Assembly: GCF_009914755.1 (NCBI RefSeq)
Contig: NC_060928.1
Source: the human T2T-CHM13v2.0 reference genome, Homo sapiens
Length of the DNA: 64,000 nucleotides
Direction: 5' to 3' (one strand)
Under the pieces are notes generated by a model that made no database searches, had not been told where the DNA came from, and worked only from the letters and a program-made list of their open reading frames with translations. Within the stretch, counting starts at the first letter, position 1, and each line of letters starts with the position of its first letter. Both the position numbers and the translations under genes were made by a program. Below are positions 14,377 through 29,889 of this stretch, piece by piece.

Positions 14377-14567
14377 TCAACACTGTCCAATTCCACACTT
14401 GTGGAAATGTTTTATATCTGTGCTGTTCATTACGGTAGCCATTATGCCTATGCTGTCATTGAGACTTTTAAATGTGGGTAGACTGACTGAGGAGTTAAAT
14501 TGAGTTTTATTTACTGTTCATTAATTTTCATTTAAACTTAAATTGCCACATGTTATAGGAGAGTGCA
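14377..14567. mobile_element. MER3-like hAT-Charlie MITE
   Basis: cactgtccaat...ggaaatgttttatatctgtgctgttca...gtagcca; flanked by the 8-bp direct repeat gttctaga (14369-14376 and 14568-14575). Confidence 0.75.
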
Positions 14568-14913
14568 GTTCTAGAATGTCTATTGTGAGGTCACAATATG
14601 AATAGTTAGGGGAAAGGAAAAAGATAATTCTCAACGGGTGAAAATAATTTTCTAAATGCTGCAAAAGCTGAATATTTCAAGTAGTTTCTGGTTATATCAA
14701 AATGGAATAGAGAAAGAAAAGCTAAAGATTACTTGATTTAGAAGCAGCCAGAGAGCACCTGGCCCAACAACCGATGAGAAATCTTTCGAGTAATCTACAT
14801 GGTCTCTGCCTATTGCTCCTTTGTCAGGTTATGTTTTGACAAAAGACAATGATACACAAAAGTTTTAATCGTATTTTTAAAATAAAATAATTATTTGGAT
14901 TTTTTAAAATTAA

Positions 14914-15198
<285 letters not shown>

Positions 15199-15199
15199 A

Positions 15200-15520
<321 letters not shown>

Positions 15521-16332
15521 TAATTATTTATAATTCTGTAACACAATCAGTTTTTCAGTCATAGAGACACATACAGTTAAAAGAAAAGGTAAGAATAGAG
15601 GTAATAAAGAAGGAGTAGGTAGGTCCAATTTTAGAGTATTAGAAAACATGTTAGGATTTCTCCTTTTGTTCATATCAGCCTTTCTAACAAGAATGCTTCA
15701 GATTGGTCTGGTCCCCACAGCATGTTGTTGCTAACTATGAAAATAATGTCATTCATTTTCTGTAACTGCCTCTGAGTCACTGGAAAATCATTTATGAAAA
15801 AAATACATTACAGAGCACATCATTTTAAGGAAAAGTCATGGTGAAGAGAAAAATGACCTCAAAATATTTATACTGAAACTTACCAGATTCTGCATGGTTG
15901 TTTCATGAGTTATGTTTGCCTAAAATTCTTACTCATGTCAGAAAGTAGGATTAAATTATTTCTTTGAACATGTCAAACACACAAATAAATACATTTTATT
16001 GCTGTATATTACAGTTTATTTCAGTGAAACAGGACTTGGTGAATCTAAACTACCTTTTTAACAAGAAATATAACTGAAAAATTTACTTCATTAATCTTGA
16101 GGTAAAAACAAACTTCTTATTCTTTAAAGAAAGCTAAAATCATTTTCCCACATTTATATTTTTTGTCTATGACTAGCAGGAATGTGTTTTCCATGCGGTT
16201 AGATTTTGCACTGATTTAAAATAAATCATTAAAGTAATTTAGCAAATATTAATATTGAACTTCTGAAATAGGGGATGTGCTGCGCTAGGCTTTGTGATAA
16301 ATACAGAGCTGTAAAGGATAATACATGCCCTA

Positions 16333-16660
16333 AAGCTGTGTTGTTCTGAATGGTCACTACTGCCCATATGTGGCTGTGGAGCACTTGAAATATGGCTAGT
16401 CTAAACTGAGATGGGCAGTAAGTTTAAGATACACACTGCATTTCAAAGACTCAGTACAAATAATATATAAACTATCTCATTAATAATTTGTTTACATAGA
16501 CTACATGGTAAATTTATATTTTGGTTATATGAGGTTATATAAAATATATAAAAATTAACTTCCTCTTTTATTTTTTAAACATCTTAAATAGTTACTATTA
16601 ATAGAATATTTTAAACTACATATGTATCTCAAATTATATGTCTATGGAATAGTGCTTCTC
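16333..16660. mobile_element. MER33-like hAT-Charlie element
   Basis: catatgtggctgtggagcacttgaaatatggctagtc...tttcaaagactcagtacaaa...ctctaaa. Confidence 0.7.
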
Positions 16661-17019
16661 TAAATGAATTTATAATCCAGTGAATAAGTACACAAAACAA
16701 TACACAAAATTACGTTGTAAAATAGTAACTGATTGAAGTTATATTTAGGTGATATAAACAGTGGTACTAATAGTTGGTACTAGATGGTACTAATAGTTGT
16801 TCAGAGAAGGGAAATGGCTTTTTTATAATCTGTAACCAGTAGAAGTTTTGTGGTGTTTGTGGCATTTTATCTGAGCTTTGTAAGTTGGTGGAAATTCAGA
16901 CAGTGGAAATGAAGAAAAAAGGCAAGTTGGGGGAGAGAATATAATGCATTTGACCGGGGTGGTAAGCATAGCTTAGCAGGAATTCACAAGTTGTGTAATA
17001 ACCATTGTAATAATGTCTA

Positions 17020-17230
17020 ATATGCCAAAGGCCTTTCAAATACTTAACATGCATTGTATCACTAAACCCTCACAGAAATCCTATGATACATAATTGTTCT
17101 TATTTTATGGGAAACTGAGGCACAGAAATTTTAGGCAATTTGCCCAGGTTCTCATGGCTAAGTAAATGGCAGAGCTAAAATTCAGACCCAAGAAATCTGC
17201 TTCCTGTGTGTTGAATGGCTATTATGCTGT
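17020..17230 (-). mobile_element. MIR
   Basis: MIR core ggaaactgaggcacagaaa...ttgcccaggttc...taaatggcagagct. Confidence 0.7.
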
Positions 17231-17544
17231 CACTTTGTTAGCACATAAAGCTAGGATTATTAGTCAAAGATACAAGATGGATTTTAGGGCATCCAGGTAC
17301 ACCTTTGATGTTGTATGATGTCTGTACTATGCTTTAGTACAGAGATAATATTAGAAATATTTAACAAATGATATGACCTGGACACCAACCAGTGAACTTG
17401 AAAGCAGCCCTCAGTACAGAGGAACAGTCTCCTGGCGACATTAACTTTACTTGCTGTTTTGGGGGAGATCCCGTGGTCCATGGGAAGCATGCATAAGTAG
17501 AGGAATTTATTAAGCCATTGATACTGAAAATGAGGCTTTGATGA

Positions 17545-17912
<368 letters not shown>

Positions 17913-20229
17913 TCTTCTGTGCATTTTCATTTCCACCATAAGACTTTGCACCATACGGCCGTTACTTACGCATGCGGCAATTTTCCCTGAGATAGTCCCA
18001 TAGCTGCTTCTTTATCATTCAGGGCTCAGCTCAGATGTCACTTGTTATTCTTATTCCCTTATCTTCTAATCTGAGGTCACTTTTTTAACTTGTTACCCTT
18101 TCTCGATTTACTTCCTAACACTCATCATTGATATTTTTAGATTTATTTGTTCATGTATTTTCTATTTTCCTTTGCTTCTTTAAAAAGCAAACTCCATGAA
18201 TGAAGGACCCTGTCTATTCTATCCAGGTTCCTTCTTCTGTGATTAGAACAGTGCCTGGCACATAGTAGGCACCCTAAATATCTATGACTTGGTGAATAAG
18301 GGGAGGTCTATAGCTGTCTCCAGATTCTAAAAGTTTAAGAACTATTGACTTGAAGGAATACTCAAATTCTCTCTGTTCCGTAGTTTAGAGCCTGATTCTA
18401 CAAACTCTTAACTGACAGGCTAAGGCATCGATGTGGATCAGCATGAAGATGTGGAGTGGAGAGGGGTACCTAAGGGCTGCTCTCCAGGCAGCTCAGCTGG
18501 CACATTGCTTCCAGAAAGCCTCACGTTGCTTTGCTGCCATAAGAGGATGAAAGGGAGACAAGCCAGTGGTGGTTGGAATTCTCTGGCAAGAGGCGGTAAG
18601 GGCCTTACTGAGATGATGGCAGACCATGCAAAGAAAGGCCGTTATGTCAGAGACGACAGACATGAAGTCCAAAAATGTGATAGGAATTCAGCTTTCACTT
18701 ATTAGTGTTTCCTCTGTTGCCTGACTTTATAAAAGTAGCCAAATTAGTCAAGCCAAATTAGCCAACATAGATAATTTAGGGGTTTGTATAGATTTTCCTC
18801 AGTAAAAGTCTGTGTTTACGATTGTCCAGTACTTTTGCGTCAGCTTCTTCTCTGTTTTGCTTGTAACACACCATTCCTTACCTATGTGCCTGAGTAATTC
18901 TTACTGAACCTCTTTCACATCGGTGCTGAAGTGCAGCCTTGCCAAGGAAGCCTTCCCTCACTCCTCCTTTGTACCAGGTTAAGTGTTCCTGGTATATGGA
19001 GCTACGGCATTTTGTACTTTCCTTATCACTGTAGTTACCATATTTCATGACATCCACTTGCTTGTTTCCTTCCCTTGTTGCTGTAATGGCTTTTCAGGGA
19101 GTCTTTTTTTCTGAAATATTTTTTTTTCTAATCACCTCTCCTTGTGAAATTTTATTACCACGGATATACTGTATGTCTATGTACCATATATTTATCTGTG
19201 TTTTATACATCTGAAAGAGTAAGCCTTTTTGTGTCTCAGCCAAGAACGAATTTTCTCTCCCCAAGGGTGACATTACCAAAATTGAGAATGCATGCAACGA
19301 ACTGCGCAGGCACAGACACTGTCCAGCTCAACTCTGTATTGCCAGTGCGGACACATAGTACATGCTTGATAAATATTTGTGACTAACTAGATGAACAAGA
19401 TAATCTCTGCAAACCTTACAGTTACTCAACCTTGAAATTGATAATCCTGAAACTATATTGGCATGTTTAAAAATAGTACATTTAAACTTCTGCTGTCTTT
19501 CATAGATGAATCTACTGCCAATAGGCCATCTGTGCTTTCTTTTTATTCCAGATGGGTTCGTATAGGGCTTTCCAGATTCACTCTTTGAGCCCTTTCTTGT
19601 GCCCAAAGTCTTCAGAAATAAGTTTGTCAGGTTGAAAAAGAATCTGTGGCTGTGGGAACTTTTTTCTTTTCAAACTAGTATAACTAAATGGGAATTGAAA
19701 CTATGACATTTAGTTTTGCAAGATGAGACTTATTTCATCAGAATTTAAAAAATTCACCTCAACTAAGCAGTATTAGAATGTGCTATTTTTCAGGAAATGG
19801 AAGTAGCCTAATATAGCAGTAGCTTGGCATTAATGAACATGACACTATGTGGATATTTATACATGTAGCATAAAATAGGTGAAGGTATTTGTCAAAATTA
19901 AAAGTGCTTCACAGAGAACAAACAGTAAATATTTACATATATGTATCTAGGCATAGAACCACACACATAATTATAATGTGTGATGTTAATATACTGTGTC
20001 TGATTCATAAAGATGAGAAGACATATCACTTTTTACTTCATACTTGTGAGGATCTCTGCGTCTCTTATTCTTCAGCCTCTGTAGTTCATTCATTCATATA
20101 TTAATTAATTCAACAAACAGTGTATCCCAAAGGCTCAACGTATAGTGGTGTCCTGGTATGTAGGGTCTCATTTTTCCCTTTCTTCTTTATAGCATGTTTT
20201 CAACTCATAGGCAGAGTTATCCCTTAAAG

Positions 20230-20732
20230 CAGGAGTCCCCAGTCTCTGGGCCATGAAATGGTAGCAGTTCGTGGTCTGTTAGGAACCAGGAGGTGAACGT
20301 TGGGCAAGTGAGCAATGCTTCATCTGTATTTACAGCCACTCTGCATTGCTTGCATTACTGCCTGAGCTCTGCTTCCTATCAGATCAGTGGCGGCATTTGA
20401 TCCTTGTAGGAGTGCAAACCCTATTGTGAAATTCACCTGCCAGGGATCTAGGTTGTGTGCTTCTTACAAGAATCTAATGCCTGATAATCTGTCACTGTCT
20501 CCCATCACCCCCAGCTGGGAACTTCTAGTTGCAGGAAAACAAGCTCAAGGCTCCCGCTGATTCTACATTATGGTATATAATTATTTCATTATATATTACA
20601 ATATAATAATAATAGAAATAAAGAGCACAATAAATTTAACTTGCCTGAATCATCCTGAAACCATCCCTCCAACATGGAAAAATGGTCTTCTACGAAACTG
20701 GTTCCTGGTGGCAAAATAGTTGGGGACTACTG
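20230..20732. mobile_element. MER1A-like hAT-Charlie DNA transposon, full length
   Basis: Termini caggagtcccca and tggggactactg; perfect 8-bp TSD ccttaaag (20222-20229 and 20733-20740). Confidence 0.9.
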
Positions 20733-20744
20733 CCTTAAAGCATT

Positions 20745-21312
20745 AGTCAAATCATCTCATGCCTCTGCCCCAAACCCTTCAGTGGCTCCCAGCTTCCATC
20801 AGAATAAAGGCTCTGTGTGAACTTGGCCCTCACTGACTCCAAGGCATTCTCTGCTCTACTCGCCTCCTCACTTATTCAACCACAGTGACCCTCTTGAGTT
20901 TTTGGAATATGCCACACCTGCTTCTGCTTTAGGTCTTTGTGTTAGTGATTCCCCTTGCTGGAATGTTCTTCCATCAGATATCTGCATGTCTGTTACCCTT
21001 ACCTCCTTCAGTTCTTTGCTGAAACTTCACCTTCTCTCTGTGGTTTACCCTGACTCTAACATTGCAATCTACTCTTACCCTGCAACCTGACATTCCTAAT
21101 CCTCTTTAATCTGCCCTATTTTTTCCCTCTAAGTCATTTCTCCGTTTTTACATGTGTTTCTTCATTTGTACATTTCTTGCAGAAAAACCCTCTCTTCCAT
21201 AACTAGAAAGTAAGCTCTGTGAAGACGGGGAACATTTTTTGTTCACTGCCAAATCACAAGTACCTAGAATGGTGTCAGGCATAAGTTAGATGCTCAATAA
21301 ACATGAGTGAAT
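20745..21312 (+). mobile_element. L2 3' end
   Basis: caaacccttcagtggctccc...ctagaaagtaagctctgtgaag...cctagaatggtgtcaggcata...gatgctcaataaacatgagtgaatg. Confidence 0.75.
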
Positions 21313-23123
21313 GGGTATATATAAATAGAACTTGCATTTTATGGACCAAAAATGTGAGGAGGACAGTGAGAAGTGCCAAGGAAGAAAATAAATTAGCATT
21401 AGAAGATGGACAGAATTGGTGGTGTGAGTTGGTAGGTGGGATAGCTAGGGAAGACCTCACTGTGGAGGGGACTACCGAGCTGAGGAGCAACCGGAGACCA
21501 GAACCTTCCTGTATGGCCAGGAGAGCATCCAAGTGGGAGACGCAGCAAGTTCCAAGACTCCGAGACGGGCACGCATTTCAAGTCAAGGACTCGAAGGAAG
21601 GCTGTGATGGTCAGTGCGCATGTGAGGGCCACAGAAAGATGATGAGGTTTGTAAGATAGTAAGCGTCCTGGTGATACTTCATATTCTATATAATCTTCTG
21701 AAAATGATCCCACAAACAATATATTTGAAAATATGTGGCTGAAAAGAATAATGATTCACCACTAAATCTTTCTGAAGTTGTGCCTCAGCCTTTCTCCTTT
21801 CACAAAATGTTCAAGTAAATTCAGTTCACACTGCACATAATTGTATTTTGGCAGAAACAAGGCAAGTTTCAAAAAACTCTCAAAGGTTTTTTAGATGGAA
21901 GGGAGTGGAGAGAATATTTTGTGCATGTGTGCGTGCGTCTGAAGTCACGCCAGATAGGTGACTATATGCCATTTGCTTATTTGTGCTAACTTGGGTTGTG
22001 ACTGCTTTTGACTCCTTCCTCCTACTTAGAGGTTTTGTTTTGAAGGAAAGAAGGGCTCCAGATCTGACTGCTGTCACCTATTCGAGGCTGGAGTTTCCCA
22101 GTAAAACCTAACCCACACATTTACGTAAGCCATCTGTTGACCCAAGTTTTGCTTAGCCTGAACTTCCTGGATTATTATTTTTTTAAACTGAACTCCTGAC
22201 ATGTGATTTCTAGTAAATAATGATACTGCTTCAACACTTTCTTTCTCACCACATTAAATAACTTGCTGTGTCAAAGGGAGGAAGCAGGCAGATGGCAGTG
22301 CAAGAATCAGTTCGTCAGAATCGCCACTTTCACCACTTTGGATTTCATTACCATCTCACTGCTCTGCTAGGGATAATGTTGTTCCTATATTATTTTTTCC
22401 ACCAATATGAAATACCAAAGCAATTTTGACTAGATAAATGAGATGATTCTGAACCATTAAAAAATGTTTACATCCAAAAGCATTTTAATTCTACTCAGAC
22501 TTCTCAGTTGCAGTAATTTTACAAAATTATATTAGGGTTGAAGGATCAAATGGAACTTATTATGTTATTGCTAGGTATTTTAAAAAGCAGATTGAAAGAG
22601 CACATTAGAAGAAATTCCTATAAGAAAAATCAGGATTTTGTTTTGTTTTGCTTTGTTCTTGCTGTGGTTTTTGAGGGAATAGTGCCCACATTGTGATTGT
22701 TAAGTTTTCCATAACTTAGTGTCATGCTTTCTATACTAGAGTTAATTCCAGTAACATGTTTGGTGCATCATGTCCCTTCCCCTATCAATTACAGAAGAAA
22801 GCCACTAGGTTCTTGGTAAGTAGAAATATTATGTTAATTTTTTAACCTCTAAAAGTTTCCAAAATCTTCTCACTCTTTCCAATGAGAAGGATGGATGGAG
22901 AAGGGAGAACTCTGGCACTCCATGCATCTCCCTTACATGTTATCCTCATGTCTGCAGTTCCACTTTCCTACAGGCAACCAGAATGACCTTCAAAGCCACA
23001 ATTTTGACCATGTCACTAAGAGGAACATGAGGGGAAAATGAACAAAGCTGGTTTAGTCAGAAACAGGATCCTGTGTTCTTTTTTGGAAAGTACTTTGACA
23101 ACCAGTTTAATGAGAAGAGATTA

Positions 23124-23295
23124 TTTCCCTTCTCCTCCCCCCCATTCCTTTCTCTTGTTCCCTTTCCCTTTTCTTTTTCCTTTCCCCTCCACTCTCCTCC
23201 CCTTATCTCTTCCTCTGCACCTTCTTTTTCCTGTCCCTTCTCCCCTTTCTCCTTCTCTGGCCCCTCTCAACGCCTCCCTCCTCCTTCCTCCTTCA
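23124..23295. repeat. CT-rich polypyrimidine low-complexity tract
   Basis: About 170 bp that is almost entirely C/T on the + strand. Confidence 0.85.
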
Positions 23296-25759
23296 ACTCT
23301 TGGCTTTAAAAGATAAGGTTTTCTCTGTTTAGAGGGCAGTATAACTAAACAGGAATTGGGCACTGTATCGTTATAGGGCTTTTGATTTTTCTTTTACAAA
23401 GGAAGCACAGATATTCCTGCCTATCTAAATAAATTTGATAATTAAAATTTCATTGATGTGTTTGCACTTATTCTCTTAAAACTGTAACATTTAATAAGTA
23501 AAAAGTTATGCTCATTAACTCAAACAGATTTTAGTTTATGAACTTCAACTGTTTTTGTTTTTATTTTTTCTTCTGTAGATGTATTATATCAGTCAACACG
23601 TTAATTTAGCAACCACAAAATCCCTAATATATACAAGATATTCTGTAAGGCCTAAAAGTGATAATAATAATAGTAGAAGCCAAAATTCTAGCTTTCAAGG
23701 AGATTACAGTCCAGTTTAGGAAATAAAGTATAAAACTTTAAAAGTTATAAAACAAAGCAAGAGATAAATAATAATTGAATACAACAATACAGCAATAGCA
23801 AAAGGCAGGAACTGATTGTTAATTGCAAATGAATAGTAAGATGTTAAATGCTAGGGCATTTCAGAGAAGGGGGTGAACGCTGTGGACTGAGGTGACTTGC
23901 GGGTGCTTCAGGGAGCAAAATGATTGCAGAGAATGTTTAGGGTCTGGAGAGGAAGAGAGAAAGGGGCAATGAGTTTCACACAAGAGAGATGGCATGAGTA
24001 GAAACTTTGAAGTGGTCAAGCACAAGACGTGTTCCGAGAAAGGATGATGAATGCACCTGTTTCTTCAGGGGAAGATTTGGAAATGTCATGTTGGAAATAA
24101 GCTGGGGAAAGATTATGGAGGGCCTTTAATTCCTTACTTAGATTAACTAAATGACTCTGTAGTTGTGGTAGCAAGCTTTCTGTCAAAATTCACCAAAAAA
24201 CTGTGATTGATTTCATGACATAGAGAGCACATGCAAACCAGAGACCCTTAGTTTTTGAGTAAACAACAAAATCTCTCATCTACTGATACTCTTGAAACTG
24301 GTATGGCCATAATTGAGGATGGAGAAATAGGTATCTGGTTTGTTTATAATTAAGTTGATCTTTTATCTTTTGAGTAACAGCTAAAGCCATTGGAAAGCCA
24401 TTGGAAAATTTTAACTAGGAGAGTGATATGATCAAGTTTTGTTAGCAACATTACTACGACAGCCTATAAGGATAAACTAGAAATGGATGAGCTTAGCAAT
24501 AGTAAAATAAAGAGCTAATGAAATAGTCCACAGAAGACAGTGTGATAGCCTATGTAAGATCATGACAGTAAAGATAGCAAGAAAAGAACAGAGTTAGAGA
24601 GAGATTCAGGATTTGAGATCAACAGGTCTTGGTGATAGAGTGAATGTGTGTGGGACTGGGTGGCAGGAGAATATTGGCAGATAGAGGAAGTCGTGAAGGG
24701 GATTTCCAAGGTTGCTCTCAGTACACTGGTTTGAGCTACTGTCCTGTGATATAATACAGTGTTTGTTGATTTTACTTTGGAAGTGTTGTTTAAACTTGCA
24801 TTTCATCTTCAGTCCCTCTAATATTGCCTTAACACACAGATGATAGCAACATTTTCCTTGGAGGCCTATCACTAGTTCCCTTATCTGCTTTAGGCTGCCT
24901 TCCTCACAATTGACAGCTTGATTTTTCTCAAAAACAAATATGATTTCATCACTCTTCCAAAACTTCTCATTGGATGTCTATTGATTAAAAGTCCAAGCCA
25001 GTTACCGTGGCATATAGGGCCCATTGCAAACTCCCACAGCTCATCGTCATAACCTTTTTATATTACATTTCCCCAACTAACATATTTTGCTCCAGTTCTA
25101 CTTAAAGCCTCACTTCTCTTCAAGACTCTTCCCACGGGCTGCCATTGTGACAGCAATGACTCCACACTTAACCCTATTATCCCCTCTTTAGGAGCAGTCT
25201 TTAAGTTTTCCAGGAAGTATTAGACACTGCACTGTATCTGTAACTAAAGCACTTTGAATATATATATAACATATATATTATATATATAAACATATGGTCC
25301 ATTATAATTTTTATTTATATAAAAATCATGGTAATGATAATAATGATGAATACCTACTAAATTATTCCCTGCTAGTAACTTGACAAAGCATTTACACATT
25401 AACTTATTTATTGAAAAAAAAAAAAACCTTAAATAAAAGTTTCTTCATTTAAGAAACTGAAGCATATAGAGGTTTTCCCCAAGGGGAAATGGCAAAACTA
25501 CTGTTTGAAACCAAGTTTGTCTGATTTCAATGGCAACACTCCTAACATTATACTCTACTGTCTGCTTTTGAGACTGAGTTCCTCAGGGTTGAGAGCACTG
25601 CTCATTCAATTTTGTAATCCCTTCCCCGAGGATGCATTCAATAATGTTTTGCTGAACTCTTTAATGAATAAATGAAAGCATGCTGGGGAAATTGAAAAAG
25701 CAATTGAAGGTGGAGTTTTAATAGCTGACAGAAGCCTTACCTGTTTTCTTCCCATCTAG

Positions 25760-26265
<506 letters not shown>

Positions 26266-27589
26266 CAGGATTTTTTTAAATCTGCTATAATAACCTAGAA
26301 AGAATTATGCTAAGAGTTAAATAGGCACAGGAATAAATAGGGACAGGATTAAAGTGGAGTGACAAAACCTGTGGGTATTATAATCTAAAAGTGGAACAAT
26401 AAAGAGAGGAGGTTAATATTAATGCAAGTTCTGGCAATGCTGTATATCTTTCTTTGATTTGTTGAGCTGCTTTAAGAAGTAATAGCGTCTTCCACGTAGC
26501 TGCATTTATGGGTCAAGGATATCTGCTCTTGACAAAATTACTTGGAATACTGAGCAAAGTCTTATGCATTTTAACGATTATTTAGATTTATGGAGCGCTT
26601 GCATGTTTGAAGTGCTTTATGTGCATTACGTCATTTAATCCTCATGGCAACCTCATGTGGTGCACCTACTTTGCCCATTTAGTAGGTAAAAAATGAAGAT
26701 AGAGACATGCATTTAGAAATCAGATTTATCTATTCCAGACTGCTTTTGATAATTTTTCTTCACTGCTTCCATATATATTCCATTTATATTTTCTGAAATA
26801 TCTAGATCTTTGCCCACTTTATATCTGTACACATTCCTGGATGCCCCTTCCTTCTATCTGTCTCCACTCCTTAGATTCTTTGGAGTTATTTGAATTCATC
26901 CATCTGGTTACCAGGGGCCTAAAGCTGTCTTCTTTTGTCCAATCAAGGACTGAGAAATTTATCAATCCCCCCTCCCCTTGAAAAAACTATAAAGAGATTG
27001 ATGTTATGAAAGAGTGATTTTCTAAGAAGCAAGCAACTGAAAAAATAATGAAGAAGCAAAATATAAAGCTGGCTGCATAAAAAAATGTGCATGGGTTTGA
27101 AGCAAAGATCTGAGCTAAACAAAGCTACAGAACTACACTGCTTCCATGATTGGTAGTAGCCTGATTTTGTTTCCAAATCGAATTTCTGTATTTACCTCCA
27201 AGTGAGACCACTATTGGTCAGCACTTCTTGCTCTAAACTCTGTTCTTATTTTGTTCCACAGCAATCTTACTTCTCTGTGGATTTGTGCTGATTTCCAGAC
27301 CTCTCTATGTGGAGGTACTTCCTTTTATTTTGAGGGCCAAACGTTTCTGCCTAGGTTTTCAGGAAGTTCTACACTGTGTAATTATAAGAAAGTTCACGAA
27401 GACAACAGCAGATTATTGGTGGATGCTGGTACTACGATCTTTTAATGTACTTATTTAGAAAAAAAACCGTGTGTGTGTGTCCACGTGTGCATGCCTGTGG
27501 GCATGCACGTAAGCACGCGCAAATACTTAAATACACACAAAAACAGAGAAAATATACAATGAACCTACATGGACACACCTCCCATCACT

Positions 27590-27910
27590 TTCTGCCATAC
27601 TTATTTTGTCTAGTACCCTGGTTTGTGGGTTTGTTTTGTTGGAGTATTTTAAAGCAAATCACAGGTGCAATATCATTTTATGTGTAAAGACTTCACAATG
27701 CTTCTCTAAGAGGTAAAAACTTTAAAAAAAGACACATGACCACATTACTATTGCTACACCCAATAAAATTAGTAATTACTACACTATATCAGCTACTGCC
27801 CAGCCCCTATTCCCTATTTTCCTACTGACTCAATATTTTTTTTCTTTTTGCAGTTGATTTGTTCAAAAACAATGTCCAATCAGGGCCTACACATCACATG
27901 TGGGTTCATT
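27590..27910. mobile_element. Old L1 (L1ME-like) 3' fragment
   Basis: ggagtattttaaagcaaatcacag...gacttcacaatgcttctctaa...cagttgatttgttcaaa. Confidence 0.5.
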
Positions 27911-29889
27911 TGATGAATTACTGATGTAGGCCCTGTCATTTGTAGACATTATCTCAGTCAGTTAGAGACTTCAGTAAGAAAGTTTAGTTTATTGGCTCAG
28001 CTTGTAGGACTTCACAGGAGTAGAGCCCGCATGAGGACCCAGACTACAAGGTTGTTTTTCTTTTATGCTTTACCAGCTTCCTTCTATTCCTTGGGCAAGC
28101 CAGATCCTTGTTTTCCTTACGTCCACCACTTTTACCACTATGTCATACCGCCTGTCATTTCCTTTGTACCTTTAGAGGGTTTGGCAAATCTAGATCTTTC
28201 AAAGAGCCAGTTAGGAGGGAGGGTAGTACCCTTTGCCGAAACTAAGCTTTGGAATAGAACTTCTGTAGCCTTGGATAGTGGTTTTTCTCTTTACCTAAAA
28301 TTTTCAGCTCCTGAGTCAGAAGCTGGCTTCCTCAGCCATCTTGATTTTGAATACTTTGCCACTTCTGAATAGTTTAGTGTTTTTCTGTTCTATCCATATG
28401 GTGACATCAGCTCTTAGTTCATTGTCAGAGCAGAGATGACAGCCGTTCCTTGAGCAGGACAGCTCCAGTTTTTTCCAGCTTAAGTTATGAGTTCATGCTC
28501 CTTGCATTTTGTTTATGACTTATCATTCATACCCCCTAAAATGTTATCTGTACAGTTTTGAAAGACAAAAATACTTCTCATATAAGTTTATACTGAATGA
28601 TATGACTCACAGCAAATAAAAGGTATGCTTGCTTATACTGCTGTTTCCCAAATTTTGGAATTGCAGGTGCTGTTTTAGTACAATATACACACCAGTTTTA
28701 AATAAAAAGGAATCGAAACAGTGAAACAATGTTCTCTTTTTAAACTTTTCTCTAATCTGAGTAGAACTCAGGTTGTTGTTAACATGTTTTCACATCTCCT
28801 TAACAATTGCAAAGCTTTCTTTTTGACAGAGAATAGCTCTTGGGTTCAGAGATCTTGGCTGGCAACCGAATTTAATAATATTGTTATGTTTTAATTGTAT
28901 TTTTAAGGTTTTCTAGTATTTATATAGATGAAATTGTTTTCCCACTTATGGTTTAAATAGAAGTGTTTCTTTTAAAACGTATTTATGTAGGCAACAAATA
29001 TGTTTTAAAACTATATTAAGTAATAACTGGTACTATTTTGAGCACTTATTACATATGATACCCTAATTTCAGATACATGATATAACTCAATGCATCTTTC
29101 TAATGGCATTGTATATGCTTACTTTTAAAAGGAGGAGACTGAGGCACAAGAGATTACTTTGCTTAAGGGTACGAGTTTAATGAATATGTTAGGAGTTGAG
29201 CTCTTTACCTCCATCTAATACTACTGTCAAGTCAGTAAAATTGATATATGTAAATAGTAAGCGTAGTGCCAGAGGTACTGAAGTGACTGAGTGGAAAGTT
29301 CCACATTACAACCTTCATGTTACATACAAATGTTAATTTAAACAGGATCTGGATTCTTACTGATGTCAGTTTAAATGTCATATTTGTCATTTAGCATGTA
29401 TGTTTTAGTCAAATAATTTTATCTTTCTAAATTTGTTTCCTTGTCTGTATAATAGGCATAATAACCTCACAAGGATGGGTGTGTATGTTTATGCTGGACT
29501 ATATGCCATATTATACTTCAAGGTTCTATAACATACTTCAAGTTTTTAGAGTAATTCCTGGTACATGGCAATTATAGTAGCTGGTATTATTATCTGGAGG
29601 AAGTATTATTTATTGTTAGAGCTTCAGACAGACCTCAGTTTCATGACTAGTTTTGCCATATCCTAGCCATATTACCTTGGAGAAGTTATATCTGTGAAAT
29701 GGGGATAATAACACCCCAGACCATTGTTATGGGTTTGCAATGATATAGTTACAAGTACATCCTCACTCAATACTTACATAAGCTTTTATTTGATTTGTGA
29801 TTATGTTGAACACAAAACTACAGCACGAAGCTTTTATAGTAGCATTAATTTTTGTACCAGATTACTTTCTTGATCAATATAATGTCTAG

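Noticed and set aside
23038-23363. Pro/Phe/Ser-rich and Gly/Arg/Lys-rich ORFs
   Set aside because: They are translations of the CT-rich tract.
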